Assembly: GCA_965287045.1 (NCBI GenBank)
Contig: OZ336883.1
Span: forward strand, 34,534,001-34,598,000
DNA length: 64,000 bases
Direction of reading: 5' to 3'
Origin: Carcharhinus amblyrhynchos
Lineage: Eukaryota
The position numbers and the translations under genes were made by a program. This document shows positions 61,136-64,000 of the stretch, one piece after another (positions within the stretch are counted from its first letter, which is position 1; the number at the start of each line of letters is the position of its first letter). The notes under the pieces were generated by a model. That model did not search any database, had not been told where the DNA came from, and worked only from the letters and a program-made list of their open reading frames with translations.

Positions 61136-63280
61136 GTTAAGCATAACTGACTTGATCAGGAGAAGACCAGAAGGACTTGACCATACCTGAACGTTCTAAC
61201 GGAACTTGGAGAGAGCACGTAAGCATCAAGAGGGTCAGAGCCACTGACGATGGGGAGCTTGGCCATTCACTGAATAATGATTCCTCCATCGATTGGAAAC
61301 CTTAGGGTGAAGTGTGCCTCCATCTTGGAGACAGCTGATGCTGTCACTTGCGCTCTCCCTTTTCACTTGCATGCATCTCAGGAAGAGACCAAGGCCTGCG
61401 GGGGAGGAAGAGGTGGGGGTGTTTGTCCTTTCCCAGCTCCAGCCAAAGCTAGAGACGAGCCAGGGGGGAGAAGCCCAAAGCATTTAAGGCAGCACTGTGC
61501 TCACTTGCACTCTCCACCAGTTCAGGTACGCACACAGCGATAGGGATTAGTGCTAGTTCAGGAGGACGTGCACAATCTAGTGGTCACCAAGAGAGGGCAA
61601 GTTAAGTCAAGCTTCCCAGCTCTTAGAAGTAGCATGTGTGAGGTTCCAGTCTGACGAAGAGCCTCAGGAATTGGCCTTCCAACTCTCGGTAGAGAGTCAG
61701 CAAGAGGCGAGGGAACAGCAGAAAGAGCTGTTGGAAGCCATCGACAAAATGGCACACAAGTTGGAGTCTGTCTGTCATCTCTTTGAAGTGGTCCACAGTT
61801 GTTCATGTATATTGAGGACTCCATGGGGAGAGTGAAAGCTGCCATGGATGCCCTTGTCCAGCAGCATGCAGACCTATACTCCACCGCTGTTACCATGGGC
61901 GAGCTCATGCAATAACAACACCAGAGAGGAATGGGGCGCCTTGACATTGCTCTAGGTATGCTGTCCCCTCAAGGGGGCAGGCCAGGGCCCTCCCACGTTC
62001 AAAGGGAGGAACGGCAGCAGCTGGAAACCACTGTGCCATTCACTCAGGGCTCTGAGGTAGTCTACTCCTTCAGAGTTCCCTCAGCCTATGATCCCTTCAA
62101 CTTCATCCTCTGTTGGCATGGAAGCAGCAGCTGGCCCATTGGTGGAAAGCCAAAATAAGCCAGGCCCTCAAGGCCTCTGCTGTCCAGCGATCAGCCACCA
62201 TGTCAAAGGTAACAGAGTCATCAACACCACAGGCTGCCTCCACCCCTGCAGCAGATTACTCAGCAACACTTAGAGGTACTTATAAGCCTAGAAAATATAG
62301 TGGTTGCACAGATGAACGTTGTCACTATTATATGTAAATATATTTGCAAGGCCCACCCTTCTCCCATTCCCACCATGCCCGCCCATCCACCCCATCTCAG
62401 AGGCACCCCAAGTGATTCTAGTAGGAGAAGGGTCTTTGACAGGGCCTTTCACAGCCTTATGCAAGCACTCCCCCAAGTGCAGATTCTCTGACCATCACAC
62501 TCATCTAACTGTCCTGAGCTTTTGCAATGCTGCTAGTGGGGATTCGTGTCCAGTTTTTCATCTGACCTGCTCAGCATCTCTCGCCTACTCATTCTCCTGC
62601 AGTACCCGCGTCCGTCCAACAATGGCTGCAATTACTTTGTTTTGCGGCCAACCCCATCCACCCCACTCCCCAATCCTCCTCATCGCATTCCCCCCATCCT
62701 GCACCATCTAAGACCTTCCCTCCATTTCCCTTCTACCCAACCCTTCTTCCTCAGTGTTCTGGTGAACGTGCACATTGCCTCTCCAAAAACACCTCCTCCC
62801 TATCCAGTGACCTCCTAGACTGCCAAAGTACACACCAGCCTCCAAGTCCCCACCAACCATCCTCACCACCCGTCTGTCACTATTGACACGTACTCAGCCT
62901 CATGCCCCATCAGCTCTCTCTGTCCCCTCTCACACTTCCCATTTCTTCCTTCCATGCCCACCCTCTGTTCACTCCCCAGGAAGCAGACACTAGGCAGAAC
63001 TTTCTCATTTTCTGGCAGAGTGGCCCAGCAGGTGGAAGCCACTGGTCCTAGGGGGCAGCTTCCCTCAGTGTATTTTTAGTGTCTTAGAGAAATCACAGTG
63101 AAAGGATGGGTCCAACCACATCACCCCAGTGGGCTCTGATTCCACCTGCATCTTCAGCAACTTAAGGTTTTGAAAGATCAGGGCACCATTTTAAAGGGCA
63201 CACTGATACAAAGAATTAAAAACATAACCCCCAGCCCCGTAACAGAATTCCTTGCATCACCCCCATGGAGCCTCTGGTAC

Positions 63281-63580
63281 ATTGGCAAAGTGGTTAGCAC
63301 TGCTGCCTCACAGTGCCAGGGACTCAGGTTCAATTTTGGCCTTGGGTCACTGTCTGTGGAGTTTGTATATTTTCTGCTTGGGTTTCCTCCGGTTGCTCCA
63401 GCTTCCTCCCACAGTCCAAAGATGTATGGGTTAGGTGGATTGGCCATGCTAAATTGACCCTTGTGTCAGAGGGATTAGTAGGATAAATGAGGGGTTATGG
63501 GGATAGGGCCTGGGTGGGATTGTGGTCAGTACAGACTTGATGGACCAAATGGCCTCTTTCTGAATGTAGGGATTCTATGG
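63281..63580 (+). mobile_element. HE1-type SINE
   Basis: Head, core and tail. Confidence 0.85.
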
Positions 63581-64000
63581 TCCATGGTCAGCCAGATAAT
63601 TGACACCTCACCCATCACTGCCAAACTCTCCCACCATGTAACCCCCTAGAAGATGTTCTTTATTACATCAACTACAAAACTGGATGTAGTGCCTGGTCAA
63701 ACTTAAATTTTTAAAACTGTCTGAAATGGAGAATGGATGGCCTGGGCAACAGAGGCTGGTAGTTTTGTGCGGAGAGTTACAGTACGAACTGCCATTATCA
63801 GTCTCAGGCACAACATAAAAATATTACCAATGATTTTCAAAAAAGCGTTTGATAGCTACTTAGTACTTAATAGCTTCTTAGTACAGAATAAATGTGTAAA
63901 TTCTTCAGCATTTCAGCAGTTTAAGGGGTACATTTTCAATTGTATAATCTAAGGCGGCAAAGTAGTGAGTGACATTTCATTCACACAGCACTAACAATGT

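Noticed and set aside
221-63457. Many 60-125 aa ORFs with recurring words (LWEETGAPG, CEAAVLTT, VWSLHVLP)
   Set aside because: They are translations of HE1 SINE copies on either strand, not genes.
1-64000. CRISPR arrays, operons or prokaryotic defence systems
   Set aside because: The DNA is vertebrate with spliceosomal introns. The repeats are dispersed SINEs and LINEs, with no regularly spaced repeat-spacer array.

Overview
This window is repeat-dense vertebrate DNA, not prokaryotic. The abundance of HE1-type SINEs and HER1/CR1 LINEs points to a cartilaginous fish (shark). There is one complete host CDS: a single-coding-exon SERTA-domain gene (SERTAD2-like/CDCA4 paralog, 47712-48551, minus strand) with a probable 5' UTR exon at about 54425-54875. 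Facing it tail-to-tail are two plus-strand exons missed by the ORF track (14889-15020 and 21816-21953). They splice in frame to give the C-terminus of a probable CLBA1/aftiphilin-like protein. Most of the rest is mobile DNA: HE1 SINEs with two different 3' tails, CR1, Rex/Babar, RTE and other LINE remnants, MITEs and LTR-like fragments. The most striking structures are two fold-back Penelope-type insertions with target-site duplications (TSDs). The one at 57018-57420 carries a minimal hammerhead-ribozyme motif on each strand. The one at 13318-13457 is a perfect 50-bp-arm palindrome. Family assignments come from motif recognition by eye, not from database searches, and repeat boundaries are approximate.
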